Program-made: the position numbers and the translations under genes
Source: a bacterium
Lineage (GTDB): Bacteria > Verrucomicrobiota > Kiritimatiellia > CAIKKV01 > CAITUY01
Length of the DNA stretch: 64,000 nt
Direction of reading: 5' to 3'
Assembly (NCBI GenBank): GCA_037143135.1
Contig: JBAWZH010000001.1
Span: 9,553-73,552 of the forward strand
Part shown: in pieces, positions 36,790-47,910 of the stretch
How the letters are laid out: each line of letters starts with the position of its first letter
Position numbering within the stretch: the first letter of the stretch is position 1
The notes under the pieces: model-generated
The model's database searches: none
The model's input: only the letters and a program-made list of their open reading frames with translations
Told to the model about the DNA's origin: nothing

Positions 36790-39467
36790 TGAATAGCACG
36801 GCACTATATGTCAGGAATCGGCTCAGTTTGCGCCCTCCTCAGGAGGAAAGCCTGCGGATTCTTTCCGAGTTAGCGACAGAATTGACGCTTAAGAAGGGAT
36901 GTGATCTAAGTTCAGAACTGACGAAGGTGAAGGCAAAATATCCGACCTGTTCGGACTTCGAGAGAAACTTCCCCTCCATGTGTTTCGCCTTGGCAACAGG
37001 TGTTGGCAAGACGCGTCTTATGGGTGCTTTCATCGCATATCTTTATCTTGAGAAGAAGATTCGCAATTTCTTTGTTTTGGCCCCGAACCTGACGGTCTAC
37101 ACGAAATTGATCGAGGACTTCTCGAATCCACTGAATCCGAAGTACGTTTTTCCGGGTATTGGCGTACTAGCCCAGAATGCACCCAATATCATCACTGGCG
37201 ACAACTATGATGACGCTCGGCATGGAAATTTATACACAGATTTGAATATCAATGTGTTCAATATCTCGAAAATCAATGCCGAAGCGAGAGGTGGCGCAGA
37301 ACCTCGAATTAAACGAATGGTTGAATACTTAGGCGAGCCGTATTTCAACTATCTCTCGAATCTCGATGACCTTGTTATTCTCATGGATGAATCCCATCAC
37401 TATCGGGCTGATCGCGGTATGGCTGTAATCAATGAGCTGAACCCGATTCTCGGACTGGAACTAACCGCGACGCCACAGGTCGAACGAGGAAGTAACACGC
37501 TCAAATTCAAGAATGTGGTCTACGAATACTCGCTAAAAAAAGCCATAGACGGCGGGTTTGTGAAGATTCCGGCGGTTGCCACTCGAAAGGACTTTAACCC
37601 GGCACAATATAGCGATGATGATCTTGATCGGATCAAACTTGAGGATGGTATTCGTATTCACGAAGACACGAAAGTTGCCCTTCAAATCTATTCCAGGGAT
37701 TCACGAAAGCGGCTGGTCAAGCCCTTCGTTCTTGTCGTGGCTAAAGATACACAGCACGCCGGGCAATTGAAGGAACTTATTGAATCACCGTCGTTCTTCA
37801 AGGGACAGTATGCTGGAAAAGTCATGGAGATCCATTCTGGCCAAAGCGGTTCAGAGAAAGACGAGAATATCGCCAAGTTGCTTTTGCTAGAGCATCCTGA
37901 AAACACAATAGAGATCGTCATTCACGTCAACATGCTTAAAGAAGGCTGGGACGTGACGAACCTTTACACAATCATCCCTCTCCGGACGGCCGCATCCACA
38001 ACTTTGCGCGAACAGACAATTGGTAGAGGTCTTCGCTTGCCTTATAACGGCGAAAAGACGGGCGACCCCAAGGTAGACAAGCTAACTATTGTATCACATG
38101 ACCGGTTCCAGGAGATCCTTGACGCCGCTAATTTGTCCGGCTCAATCTTCCGGCGGGAAAACATCATTGAGATTGACGAAGAACTCACGGCACAGAAAGA
38201 GACCCTCACGGCCACCTCACCAATGACGCGGGGATTGCAGGACGAGCAGAAACGAATTGAGACACTTGCCGATCCAGTGGAGAAACAAAAAGCGCAACTT
38301 ACCCTTGAGACGAAGAAACAGATCGTTTCAACCCTTAATGACCTCAATACCGAGATCAAATCCGTTCAAGAACTGAGTCGGCCTGAAATCAAACAGAGGG
38401 CCATGGATAAATTCAAGGAGCGCATTCAGTCAGCATCCCAGCAATCGCTCTTTGTGAACGAAATGGTCAAGGAGGCCGAGTCGCATTACGACGAAGTTGC
38501 CAGGGAATTCGTGCTCAATATTATTGAAATACCGCGAATTATTATTCAGCAGTCGGATAAGGTCCGCTCCGGTTTTCATGGCTTTACTCTCGACACAATC
38601 GGCTTGAGCTATCGCCCGGTCTCTGAGGCGATTCTTCGGCGGTCCTTGATGGACAACAAGGAGGAAATCATTCATGGCGTTGGCCGGATCACTCCGGAAA
38701 GTCTCGGCAATCTGATTGTGAGTGAATTAATAAACTACCCTGAAATTGACTACGATGAACAATCAGCGCTGCTTTTCAGTCTCGCGAATGATGCCTTGTC
38801 CAAACTAAAGGGTGATCTTACCGGGGATGAACTGATCAACGTTGTGCAGTATCACAAGCGCGAAATCGGAGCATTCATTTATGCCCAGATGATGTCATCC
38901 GAGCATTTCTATTGTGATACTCCGGTATATGACGAGCCCATTGTCAAACCATTCACGGTAATTGAGGAGCATAATTATTCCAAGTTTACCGCCGATAACG
39001 TACATGACTACTCAGAGACCATTACACCAACCCGTCTCATTCCGACCAAGATTTTCAGCGGGTTCAAGAAAGCGTGCCATACGCTCTATAAGTTCGACTC
39101 AAAAACAGAAAAGGATTTCGCGGCGATCCTTGAGAATCCCAATAACGAAGTTCTGAAATGGCTTCGCCCGGCGAAGAATCAGTTTCAAATATACTGGAAA
39201 CACAATTCCAGCCGGTATATTCCCGATTTTGTTGTTGAGACGCCCGACACCATTTACATGGTGGAAACTAAAAAAGAGGGGGATATTGACACCGGCGAGG
39301 TACAAGAAAAGGCGACAGCGGCCGATGAGTACTGCAAACATGCCACCGACTTCACCACAAAGCACAAAGGCAAACCTTGGAAATACGTCATCATTCCGCA
39401 CAACGCTGTGTTGGCGAATATGAGTTTCCGCACGCTTGCTGTAAAATACGAGTACAAGGGTGTGTGA
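36786..39467 (+). CDS. res: Type III restriction enzyme Res subunit (helicase-nuclease)
   Basis: Walker A ALATGVGKTRLMG, DEAH box ILMDESHH, helicase motif VI QTIGRGLR. ATGA overlap with mod. 893 aa. Confidence 0.8.
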   Translation: MMNSTALYVRNRLSLRPPQEESLRILSELATELTLKKGCDLSSELTKVKAKYPTCSDFERNFPSMCFALATGVGKTRLMGAFIAYLYLEKKIRNFFVLAPNLTVYTKLIEDFSNPLNPKYVFPGIGVLAQNAPNIITGDNYDDARHGNLYTDLNINVFNISKINAEARGGAEPRIKRMVEYLGEPYFNYLSNLDDLVILMDESHHYRADRGMAVINELNPILGLELTATPQVERGSNTLKFKNVVYEYSLKKAIDGGFVKIPAVATRKDFNPAQYSDDDLDRIKLEDGIRIHEDTKVALQIYSRDSRKRLVKPFVLVVAKDTQHAGQLKELIESPSFFKGQYAGKVMEIHSGQSGSEKDENIAKLLLLEHPENTIEIVIHVNMLKEGWDVTNLYTIIPLRTAASTTLREQTIGRGLRLPYNGEKTGDPKVDKLTIVSHDRFQEILDAANLSGSIFRRENIIEIDEELTAQKETLTATSPMTRGLQDEQKRIETLADPVEKQKAQLTLETKKQIVSTLNDLNTEIKSVQELSRPEIKQRAMDKFKERIQSASQQSLFVNEMVKEAESHYDEVAREFVLNIIEIPRIIIQQSDKVRSGFHGFTLDTIGLSYRPVSEAILRRSLMDNKEEIIHGVGRITPESLGNLIVSELINYPEIDYDEQSALLFSLANDALSKLKGDLTGDELINVVQYHKREIGAFIYAQMMSSEHFYCDTPVYDEPIVKPFTVIEEHNYSKFTADNVHDYSETITPTRLIPTKIFSGFKKACHTLYKFDSKTEKDFAAILENPNNEVLKWLRPAKNQFQIYWKHNSSRYIPDFVVETPDTIYMVETKKEGDIDTGEVQEKATAADEYCKHATDFTTKHKGKPWKYVIIPHNAVLANMSFRTLAVKYEYKGV

Positions 39468-39713
39468 CTTTCGACATTTATGTTTGAGGTACGACGAATT
39501 CCAATTCCTAGTAAAGTATGAACTTCTTGCCCTTCTCAACAGTATATGATCCTGCGGAAGACCCTCCGGTTACCCATGGCGGCTGGGGCATGGTTTTGTT
39601 CAGAATAGGTCGAATATCATCGATCTGGTAATCTGTGGAAGCGAAGAGTATCCGGTGTAGCCTAGAATTGGGAATATGGTGTCGTCCTTAGACCGAAACA
39701 AGGAGATTAAGAG

Positions 39714-41582
39714 ATGTGGCATGACGTAGAGACAACCAGAGACCTACTCAATTTCACCGTCGTTGCCGAAACTGCTGCGCAGCTTGTACGGGAGTCCGCT
39801 GGGCAGCCCCTCTCGATCGGTGTCTCTGGTAACTGGGGTACCGGGAAATCATCCCTGGTCAAGATGATCGGGTCCTCCTTGAAGACGGCAGACGCTCATG
39901 AGGGCAAGTATGTATTCCTTGAGTTCAATGCGTGGCTTTACCAAGGGTACGACGATGCTCGAATGGCTTTGCTCCAATCTGTTGCGGACAAGCTTCTCGC
40001 TGAAGCAGAGCGACGTAAGACCCATCTTGACAAGGCCACTGAGTTCGCCAAGCGGGTGAACTGGCTTCGCGTGGGAAAGCTCCTTGCACCAACCGTTTCC
40101 GGGGCGCTAATTGGTGGCACACTGGCAGGACCGGTTGGGGCCATTATCGGCGCCGTCGGGGGACTATGCAAAGCGGGGGTGCCCCCAAGCCCAGAGGATA
40201 TCGAAAAGGTTAAAGACGCTTACGCCACACTCCAGCCTGAGTTGGCGAGTTTGCTCAAGGAAAGAGAAGCAAAATCCCTTCCCAGGGAAATTGCTGAGTT
40301 ACGCGCTGCTTTTGAGGACATACTGACGTCCCTTGACGTTACGCTTATTGTGCTGGTCGATGACCTCGACCGTTGTTTGCCTGACACAGCCATCTCCACT
40401 CTTGAAGCAATGCGGCTACTGCTTTTTCTTCCCCGTACCGCTTTTATTATTGCCGCAGATGAGCAGATGATTCGGGGCGCCGTCCGCGTGCATTTCAGGG
40501 ATGTTGATTTGGACGACGACCTTGTGACGAGCTACTTCGACAAGCTTATTCAAGTGCCGTTGAGAGTTCCGAGGTTAGGCATCACAGAGGTTAAATGTTA
40601 CCTCATTCTACTTCTCGCCGAGTTATCTGAACGTAGAGGTGACATCACCAAAGAGGCACGCACCCGTGCCGAGACAACCATTCTGATTGCTGTGCGTCAG
40701 TCGTGGGCAGGCGGTCTCACGCGCAAGAAAATGGAAGAGGCGTTCGGCGCTGATGCCGCGAAAGTCAGCACGGCGATCGATATTGCCGATCAACTCGCGA
40801 GCATCATGGTCTCGGCTGACCGTATCGCAGGTAACCCGCGACTAATCAAACGGTTTCTCAATAATTTGATGATTCGTGACGCCGTTGCGAGAGCCCAGGG
40901 ATTGACAATTGCATTCGACCAACTCGTGAAACTGCAACTCTTTGAGCGCTGCGCACCAGCGGCAGCATTCGAGTATCTCGTGAAGCAGGTTGCAGATCGA
41001 GAAGACGGCAAGGCGGCGTTTCTAATTGAAATTGAGGCTTTCTTGGCAAAGGGCGAATCGTTTGGCATTCCTGATCCAAGCTGGGATGTGCCTTTCGTCG
41101 CTGATTGGCTCAAGCTCAACCCAAGACTCGGGGACGTAGACCTACGTCCGTTGCTCTATCTGAGCCGGGATCGTGCTCTCTCTCTGGCCAGTTTTGATGA
41201 ACTCTCGCCGGAAGGACGGGCATTGCTGGAGGGGCTTCTGGAGGCGAATAGCATTATGTCACCACTCGTGGATCAACTGAAGTCACTGGGCGAAGCTGAA
41301 AGTGAACGAATACTGAGTCGCATTCGGCGGCGGGCTAGGTCAAACCAATGGGATCGAGTCACGCTGACTCAAGCTCTGCACGTCCCGAAAGCCTTTCCGA
41401 ACTTGGGGCCATCATTCGTCAACCTTCTGAATGAGATCCCAGCATCCAAACGGCCTGCCCCGTTAATTCCACTGATTCGCAACGAAGCCTGGGCAAGAGA
41501 GATGTTGGAGCGATGGGGCGCTGACGAGAAGTCGCCCCAGCCTGTGAAGAATGCTGTTACTGGTTTAGGAAGGAAATCGTAG
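39714..41582 (+). CDS. qatA: KAP-family P-loop NTPase (QatA-like)
   Basis: SIGVSGNWGTGKSSLVKMI is the KAP signature GxWGxGKS. Walker B IVLVDDLDRC. Confidence 0.7.
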   Translation: MWHDVETTRDLLNFTVVAETAAQLVRESAGQPLSIGVSGNWGTGKSSLVKMIGSSLKTADAHEGKYVFLEFNAWLYQGYDDARMALLQSVADKLLAEAERRKTHLDKATEFAKRVNWLRVGKLLAPTVSGALIGGTLAGPVGAIIGAVGGLCKAGVPPSPEDIEKVKDAYATLQPELASLLKEREAKSLPREIAELRAAFEDILTSLDVTLIVLVDDLDRCLPDTAISTLEAMRLLLFLPRTAFIIAADEQMIRGAVRVHFRDVDLDDDLVTSYFDKLIQVPLRVPRLGITEVKCYLILLLAELSERRGDITKEARTRAETTILIAVRQSWAGGLTRKKMEEAFGADAAKVSTAIDIADQLASIMVSADRIAGNPRLIKRFLNNLMIRDAVARAQGLTIAFDQLVKLQLFERCAPAAAFEYLVKQVADREDGKAAFLIEIEAFLAKGESFGIPDPSWDVPFVADWLKLNPRLGDVDLRPLLYLSRDRALSLASFDELSPEGRALLEGLLEANSIMSPLVDQLKSLGEAESERILSRIRRRARSNQWDRVTLTQALHVPKAFPNLGPSFVNLLNEIPASKRPAPLIPLIRNEAWAREMLERWGADEKSPQPVKNAVTGLGRKS

Positions 41583-42446
41583 ATGGGAACTTCCGCATCA
41601 AGCAATGGTCCCGGCGGTGGCGTCCCCTTCGATCCCCCTTGGTTGGACGATATCCCATCACCATCGCCCGGAAACGACTCGCCTCCTGACGACCAGGAAG
41701 CAGATGATAGCGATTCAGGCGATGACCAGTCAGCGCCGCCACAGGAACCACCCCGAAAACCATTGGACACTGCGCCGCAGCGGCGTTTTGCCAATGCTCG
41801 CCGTGCACTTGGGGAGTTTGCGCGCACAGGTAAGGAAGACGCATTCAGGAGGGCAGTCGGACACTACTCCCGTACCGGCATGGGTGGTGCACGCGGCATG
41901 GCGCACCGTATGCGGGCATCCACAAAGACCGGGGCACAAGTATTTAGCATTCTTCAGTCGGCTCGTGAAGGGATCGACCCCGCAGTCAACGAGTGGGTTG
42001 CTTCGCTTACTGGAAGAAACGCAAGCGCACAGGAGATCGCCGACGAAATCATACAGCGAGCAACGCCTAGTGGCGGACGCCAAGACGAAGTGGCCTGCCA
42101 AGAATCGATCGCTCAGGCGATGGAAGACCTACTTGCGGACGACCCTGCAGTCGACCTTCTACATTTAGACGATGACCATATCTGGTCACTCATAGAATCG
42201 TTTCTTGGTTATGAAGCCTTTCATCGTATGTGTCTAGACATCGGCCAGGTATTTGAAAAGTCCACACTAAGCCCTCGTGACCGGGTTGCGCGAATGAACG
42301 AGATGCAGGATTACCTTAAGGCCGAAATCCGGGCACAAATCGAGGCGGTGAGGGCAAAGACCCCGAATGCCGGATCAGGCCAACTTCAGTTTGTTTTGCA
42401 AACCGCACTACAGAACACATTCGCCGTGTATGAGGGATCCATATGA
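41583..42446 (+). CDS. qatB: QatB-like protein with a disordered Pro/Asp-rich N-terminus
   Basis: Sits between the KAP NTPase and QueC-like genes with no gaps, in the position of QatB. No motifs recognised. Confidence 0.5.
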   Translation: MGTSASSNGPGGGVPFDPPWLDDIPSPSPGNDSPPDDQEADDSDSGDDQSAPPQEPPRKPLDTAPQRRFANARRALGEFARTGKEDAFRRAVGHYSRTGMGGARGMAHRMRASTKTGAQVFSILQSAREGIDPAVNEWVASLTGRNASAQEIADEIIQRATPSGGRQDEVACQESIAQAMEDLLADDPAVDLLHLDDDHIWSLIESFLGYEAFHRMCLDIGQVFEKSTLSPRDRVARMNEMQDYLKAEIRAQIEAVRAKTPNAGSGQLQFVLQTALQNTFAVYEGSI

Positions 42447-43711
42447 AAAAGGTCATGTGTTGCCCGGAGTCCCTTTTGCCAGATCCCATCGATCCCGATA
42501 TCTTGTATTTCACCACGTTTTATTCCACAGGACGTGAGGGCATAGGACACATCGCTGTTGATCTGCCGACTGCCATCCGTAGAGACGGGCTTGAGCCTTC
42601 GGTGCGCGCTTGGGACTTCGCCGCTATTGCCTCAGCCGTTGCTGCCTCCGACAAGGCCATTCTTCGTCAGGACAGCGCAGACGGCTGGACCCGCATGATC
42701 GAACTTAGCATTTGCCTGTGCGAACCTGCTCCTTGGGACGCCAAGCGTGCTGAATTGGAGTCGCTTCTCGGCTTCCTCACAGGTGACTTCTGGACGCTGC
42801 GCCTTCTGCCGGGTGGCAAGGAAGTTCCGAAGGCGAAGAAACCAATGAATCGGAGCGCCGACTGTGTTTGTCTTCTGTCTGGTGGAATTGACAGTCTTGT
42901 AGGAGCAATCGACCAGACAGCGGCGGGCAAGAAGCCACTTTTCGTTTCGCAAGTTGTCAGAGGAGACCGAGATGCCCAGGCGAGATTCTCGTCAACACTT
43001 GGCAGCTCTAACTGCCACTGTCAGTGGAGTTTTGCCGTCGGCCATCCTGGCTCTTCAGAGAAATCAACAAGAGCTAGATCGATTGTGTTTTTTGCGTTTG
43101 CGGCGCTCGCAGCGTCCGCAGTTTTCTCAAGCAAGAAACAACCTGTCGAGATTATCGTTCCCGAAAATGGTTTCATCAGTCTGAACGTGCCGCTCGGACC
43201 TGGGCGACTGGGAAGCCTGAGCACCAAGACAACGCATCCTGTGTATATGACTGGCATCCAAGCTCTGTGGGATGCGGTTGGCATCCATGCGAGTCTGTCC
43301 TTCCCATACCGAGAAAGAACTAAGGGCGAGTTGCTCTTACAATGCGCCGATCAGAAACAGCTAGCGGCCTTGATCGGGGACTCAACGAGCTGTGGTAAGT
43401 TCCAGCGGCACAACCTGAGACACTGCGGCGAGTGCGTTCCGTGTATGGTGCGCCGCGCAGCATTTTTACGGGCACAGTTACCTGATATCACTGCCAAAGG
43501 TTACTGCCGCCAGTGTCTCAAAACCTCCGAATCGAAGGATGTGGCCGCAGCTGCAGCTGCGTATCTTCGCTATCGGGACAAGGGTATACGTCGTTTTGTG
43601 GGCGGCGCGCTCGCCTTCGCTTCCCAAGGCGAACGCGGGCGGTATGAAGCCCTTGTATCGCGCGGAATGGACGAACTGGGGCAGCTTCTTATTGGTCACG
43701 GCGTCATATGA
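42443..43711 (+). CDS. qatC: QueC-like PP-loop ATP pyrophosphatase (QatC-like)
   Basis: PP-loop SGGxDS motif CLLSGGIDSLVGA. C-terminal Cys cluster CGKFQRHNLRHCGECVPC, as in QueC. Confidence 0.7.
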   Translation: MKKVMCCPESLLPDPIDPDILYFTTFYSTGREGIGHIAVDLPTAIRRDGLEPSVRAWDFAAIASAVAASDKAILRQDSADGWTRMIELSICLCEPAPWDAKRAELESLLGFLTGDFWTLRLLPGGKEVPKAKKPMNRSADCVCLLSGGIDSLVGAIDQTAAGKKPLFVSQVVRGDRDAQARFSSTLGSSNCHCQWSFAVGHPGSSEKSTRARSIVFFAFAALAASAVFSSKKQPVEIIVPENGFISLNVPLGPGRLGSLSTKTTHPVYMTGIQALWDAVGIHASLSFPYRERTKGELLLQCADQKQLAALIGDSTSCGKFQRHNLRHCGECVPCMVRRAAFLRAQLPDITAKGYCRQCLKTSESKDVAAAAAAYLRYRDKGIRRFVGGALAFASQGERGRYEALVSRGMDELGQLLIGHGVI

Positions 43712-44436
43712 TCGATTTCCACTGCCATCTTGACTTGTATCCAGATGCGCTGAAGCTCCTGCCAGAAGTCGTCGCCCGGAACAGATTCACCCTCGTGGTT
43801 ACGACAAGCCCCCGTGCATGGCTGGCAACTTCACGCATATTCTCCGGGTATGACAACATTAAGGTCGCTTTGGGCATGCACCCTGAGATCGTCGAAAAGA
43901 AGGCCAACGAACGCGCGCTGCTGATGTCTAGCATTTCTAGCGCCAAATTCTTGGGCGAAGTCGGTCTTGACGGGTCAGTTCAGCACACGGACACCATGCC
44001 TCTCCAGCAGTCTATTCTAAGTGAAGTGCTGACTGAATGCGAACGGGTTGGAGGAAGGATCCTCAGCATCCATTCGAAAAATGCTGCAACCCACGTTCTT
44101 AACCTCCTCGAGCGCCATTGTCACAGAAGTGTACCCGTTTTGCACTGGTTCTCGGGTACGATTCAAGAGACACGTCGTGCTGTTGCTATGGGGTGTTGGT
44201 TCAGTGTTGGGCCTGCCATGTTACGGGGCGCAACAGGCCGGGCAATACTTCAAGAGTTACCGATAGATAAAGTTCTGCCGGAGACGGACGGACCATTCGC
44301 TAAGAATCGCTCTGTTCCGCTCATGCCGTGGGACGCCATGACAATTGTGGATACAGTCGCGTCCACTTGGCAAATGCCGAAAGTTAGTGTGTGTCGACAG
44401 CTTGAACAAAACCTTCTTGCGTTATTGGCATGCTGA
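43708..44436 (+). CDS. qatD: TatD-family metal-dependent DNase (QatD-like)
   Basis: MIDFHCHLD is the TatD His motif. ALGMHPE, LPETDGPF. ATGA overlap with the QueC-like gene. Confidence 0.75.
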   Translation: MIDFHCHLDLYPDALKLLPEVVARNRFTLVVTTSPRAWLATSRIFSGYDNIKVALGMHPEIVEKKANERALLMSSISSAKFLGEVGLDGSVQHTDTMPLQQSILSEVLTECERVGGRILSIHSKNAATHVLNLLERHCHRSVPVLHWFSGTIQETRRAVAMGCWFSVGPAMLRGATGRAILQELPIDKVLPETDGPFAKNRSVPLMPWDAMTIVDTVASTWQMPKVSVCRQLEQNLLALLAC

Positions 44437-44585
44437 TAGCCTGCCTGGCCGACGACTTGGCCAAGGCAATCCAAAAATACCAGCGCGCCAAGGCCGTTGA
44501 GGGAGATCGACTGGTGACATCTCAGAAAATGATCCTGGGCCAAATATAGGGTCAAGAGTGTATTGATTGTGATTTATCGAGAGTC

Positions 44586-44870
44586 TTATACTCGTTTCAG
44601 TGTCTTTTTGGCTTTTCGTATGAATTCATCTTCATTTTTACAAATGTCGGCTCGAACCCCTGTTATTTCCTGCATATCTGCTGCTAAGTCTTGCATTATT
44701 TCATCATTATCAAAGCTGAAGAAGGCAACACCCTTGTGAATTGCAAAACTCCGCATTTTACAGTCATAGGCTTGAGCACAATTCTGCAGGAGATTCATGA
44801 ACTCCTTAACCTGTGGATCATCCAGTGAGTCAACTGTGGCTTCAAACAGATTCATTGTCATTACGCTCAT
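44586..44870 (-). CDS. Hypothetical protein
   Basis: 94-aa ORF, no motifs. Confidence 0.3.
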   Translation of the reverse strand: MSVMTMNLFEATVDSLDDPQVKEFMNLLQNCAQAYDCKMRSFAIHKGVAFFSFDNDEIMQDLAADMQEITGVRADICKNEDEFIRKAKKTLKRV

Positions 44871-45084
44871 TAGGTTTCCCCTCCCAGTCTGAACGTCCGA
44901 AGATCGCAGGGCCCTTCGACGAATCAGCCAAAACAGTCCTGAAAAGAATATTTAAGGTACCAGTAGCTTTTCATTATTATTATGTCAATACCCATCAGTG
45001 AAGCGCCATCAAAAAAAGCTACCGCTAGGCAGAGAAAGAAGCCCGGATCAGAAAAAGATCCGGGCAAGGAAAAAGAAGTAAGAA

Positions 45085-45420
45085 TCAGGCTATCTGGAGT
45101 TCAGCTTCGTCTTCTTGAATAATCACTGGCTCAAGATTCCTGGTATATTCTCTGGCTTCCACCTCGACATGGCATATGCCGCCATTCGCCCGCCATACGG
45201 CCTGCTCTATTCGCTTAATAATCCAACTTGCATCCTCAAACTCGTAGAGCGTGCCCATGGATGACGCGTGGAGCAATCTTCTGCGCCCGTATGCCGGCTT
45301 CATAAAGCCAAAGTCATACTTCTTAAAGCACCATTCCACCATACAGGCGGAGATGATGCTCTTTGTCCTGAGCGCGTTGTAGTTGCCAATCGTTACCCTC
45401 AATTCGCATAACCTCTCCAT
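45085..45420 (-). CDS. Hypothetical protein
   Basis: 111-aa ORF, no motifs. Confidence 0.3.
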   Translation of the reverse strand: MERLCELRVTIGNYNALRTKSIISACMVEWCFKKYDFGFMKPAYGRRRLLHASSMGTLYEFEDASWIIKRIEQAVWRANGGICHVEVEAREYTRNLEPVIIQEDEAELQIA

Positions 45421-45491
45421 TTCAGTCTCCTTCCGATAAAAAGGGCGGACCCTTTGTTGGTGAGCCCTCCCTCATGGTTTGCCGTCAATGT

Positions 45492-47036
45492 TTATGCCGC
45501 GGCTTCACTCGAAGCCTGGCTTGTCGTTTCCGGTGGAGTGGCCGCTATCACCTTCCGGCCTGTTCGCTCCTGTTCCTGCGTGGTCGCCGGTCTGGCCCTG
45601 CCTTTGGCCCATTTGCGCAGCGCCGATATCTGGTCGCCCATCAACTTGCTGAGGGGCACCAAATCGTTCAACACCATGCTGATGGTGAGATCTGACGGCT
45701 CCTTGCCCTGACTGAACGCCGTATAGAGTGCGTCAATAAACGCCTGCTCAATCTCTGCGCCGGTCAGTCCTTCCGTAGCTTTTGCCAATTGGGTGACATC
45801 AAACCGTTCCGGCTTGCGGCCATACTTGACGATTTGAATCCGCCAAATGGCTACCCGTTCCTCATAAGTAGGCAAATCCACAAAGATCGTCTCATCAAAA
45901 CGCCCCTTTCTGAGGAATTCCGGTGGCAGTTGCGTCACATCATTGGCTGTAGCCACGACGAATACCGGCGCTGACCGTTCCTGCATCCAGGAAAGAAATG
46001 TCCCGAATACCCGGCTGGCGGTCCCGCCATCAGATGCTCCTGAACTTTTGGATCCGCTGAAACCCTTCTCGATCTCGTCAATCCAAACTACGGCGGGCGC
46101 AATGGCCTCCGCCGTTTGAATGACTGACCGAAGATTGGATTCCGACTGGCCCACAAGCCCGCCGAACAACCGCCCGGCATCTAACTTGAGCAAAGGCCGC
46201 TGAAATACGCTCGCAGTAGCCTTTGCCGTTAGTGACTTGCCGGTTCCCGGAATGCCTATAATGAGCAACCCTTTTGGCGAGGGGAGCCCATACTCCCGTG
46301 CTTTCGGACCAAAGGCGTCCTTGCGTTGTACAAGCCACGCCTTGAGCAGATCCAGCCCGCCAATATCATCCAGTGAACGCGCAGTGGAGCAGACCTCCAA
46401 GAGCCCGTTCTTCTTCACCGCCTGCGACTTTTCCCGCGATACCACCGACGGGGAAAGCTCTCCGCTCTCAACCAGTGACAGTGCAAACGCATTCTCCGCC
46501 TCAATGGAGGTGAGCCCTGATGCTGAATCCAGCAACAGCTCCCGCCGGTCTTTCTTCGGCTTCGCTTTGCCTGCCGACTCAGCGATGTTGTCGAGTACGT
46601 CACCAAGTTCATCTTTTCCTGGTAGCGCAAACTCAACCATCACAAACTCCCGCTCCAGTTCTGGCGGCAAAATTGTCCGGCACCCGACAATAATCAGCGC
46701 CTTGCCCCTGGTCTTGGCAACCCTGAGCACGTCCTTCACCGTGCGAATCAACACCGGATTGCCGTTTTCCAGGAACTGGTGAAAGTCCCGGAGGAAAACA
46801 ACGGTATTTTCCGGCAGTTCCAGCACATGGAGCAGCATTTCCTGGGGATCCTGCCCCCCTTGACTGCTTCCATCTGATGTGTCCACCAATCCTTCCGTAA
46901 TGGACCAGGCATAAAGACCGTGGCCCAATTCCTTTGCCACCGTCTTGATCTCACCTTCAATCCGTGATTCCTCGCTCGATACTATATAAATTCCGGGGTA
47001 TCCCGCCCGGATGTAGTTCATAATTGCAGTTTTCAT
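45492..47036 (-). CDS. AAA+ ATPase (classic AAA clade, C-terminal module)
   Basis: Walker [18 protein letters not shown]. Walker [12 protein letters not shown]. Second region of homology [31 protein letters not shown]. Confidence 0.7.
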   Translation of the reverse strand: MKTAIMNYIRAGYPGIYIVSSEESRIEGEIKTVAKELGHGLYAWSITEGLVDTSDGSSQGGQDPQEMLLHVLELPENTVVFLRDFHQFLENGNPVLIRTVKDVLRVAKTRGKALIIVGCRTILPPELEREFVMVEFALPGKDELGDVLDNIAESAGKAKPKKDRRELLLDSASGLTSIEAENAFALSLVESGELSPSVVSREKSQAVKKNGLLEVCSTARSLDDIGGLDLLKAWLVQRKDAFGPKAREYGLPSPKGLLIIGIPGTGKSLTAKATASVFQRPLLKLDAGRLFGGLVGQSESNLRSVIQTAEAIAPAVVWIDEIEKGFSGSKSSGASDGGTASRVFGTFLSWMQERSAPVFVVATANDVTQLPPEFLRKGRFDETIFVDLPTYEERVAIWRIQIVKYGRKPERFDVTQLAKATEGLTGAEIEQAFIDALYTAFSQGKEPSDLTISMVLNDLVPLSKLMGDQISALRKWAKGRARPATTQEQERTGRKVIAATPPETTSQASSEAAA

Positions 47037-47064
47037 TCCTATTCTTTTCCTTTCATGATTTCAG

Positions 47065-47388
47065 TTATTCAGCCCCACTGGCGGCTTTTGCCAATGTTTC
47101 GCGGATCAGTTTGAAATCCGTGTCCGCGTAGCGGTGCGGGATGTCATTGAGCCGCCTCTGTGCATGCTCAAGGGCATGTATAAGTTCACGAATCAAATCC
47201 GAGGCGCGATTCTTGGGAAGGTGTCGAGCTATGCCGTCCGACAGGTCAACCCTGACCATCTTCCCCCGGTATTGAACGTCAAACACCGTCGCGATGGACG
47301 CCGGATCCCGCTGAATGGCCAGCGCCTTGCGCGCCGCCTCCATGGGGGTCCTAGCATCTACATCTATTTCCCAACATACACGGATCAT
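47065..47388 (-). CDS. Hypothetical protein
   Basis: 107-aa ORF in an operon-like array. Confidence 0.3.
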   Translation of the reverse strand: MIRVCWEIDVDARTPMEAARKALAIQRDPASIATVFDVQYRGKMVRVDLSDGIARHLPKNRASDLIRELIHALEHAQRRLNDIPHRYADTDFKLIRETLAKAASGAE

Positions 47389-47612
47389 CGGTACACCTCC
47401 GGGGTTAAATCGTCATGCCAGCCTTCCAATGTAATCAGCGGGTGATAATCAATGGACTCAAGATCGAGGTCGTCGATCTTGGCCACTTCCGCCTGTGCCG
47501 CCAAAACAGCAGCCGAAACGGAATCCGCCTCCACTTGAGCCAGGTATGTGTCGGTCCCAAAACCATCAGCCACATAGTCTGGCCGTAACAAAAGCACTGT
47601 ATATTTCTTCAT
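47385..47612 (-). CDS. Hypothetical protein
   Basis: 75-aa ORF, 4-bp overlap with its neighbour. Confidence 0.3.
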   Translation of the reverse strand: MKKYTVLLLRPDYVADGFGTDTYLAQVEADSVSAAVLAAQAEVAKIDDLDLESIDYHPLITLEGWHDDLTPEVYR

Positions 47613-47625
47613 GTCTTGCCTCTCA

Positions 47626-47910
47626 TCATGTTGTTTGTCCTTTTATTGGATCGAACCACGGCACAATCTGCCCAATGGCTTCCGGATCGCTGTTGCTAAT
47701 GGTGAAATCCCCATAGAGGACGCCGTCGTAGTACAGCAGATCGCCGACGAACTTCAGAAAATGCCAATCCTCGTCAGCCAGTTTCACCCGGTAGGTAGAC
47801 AGATAGGTGACGTGAAGTCCTCCGATTGCCAATAGCGGCCCATCGGATCCCCAGTCATTCATCTGCTCCTCCGGATTCTTACGCCCGTGATACAGCTTGA
47901 TTGTCAGCAT
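47626..47910 (-). CDS. Hypothetical protein
   Basis: 94-aa ORF. Confidence 0.3.
   Translation of the reverse strand: MLTIKLYHGRKNPEEQMNDWGSDGPLLAIGGLHVTYLSTYRVKLADEDWHFLKFVGDLLYYDGVLYGDFTISNSDPEAIGQIVPWFDPIKGQTT

Noticed and set aside
16477-39467. DISARM (SNF2 helicase + N6 methylase + PLD)
   Set aside because: There is no DrmA (DUF1998-partner helicase) and no DrmB. The PLD protein is a secreted single-HKD Nuc-type enzyme in a different, opposite-strand operon. The methylase is paired with a canonical Type III Res.
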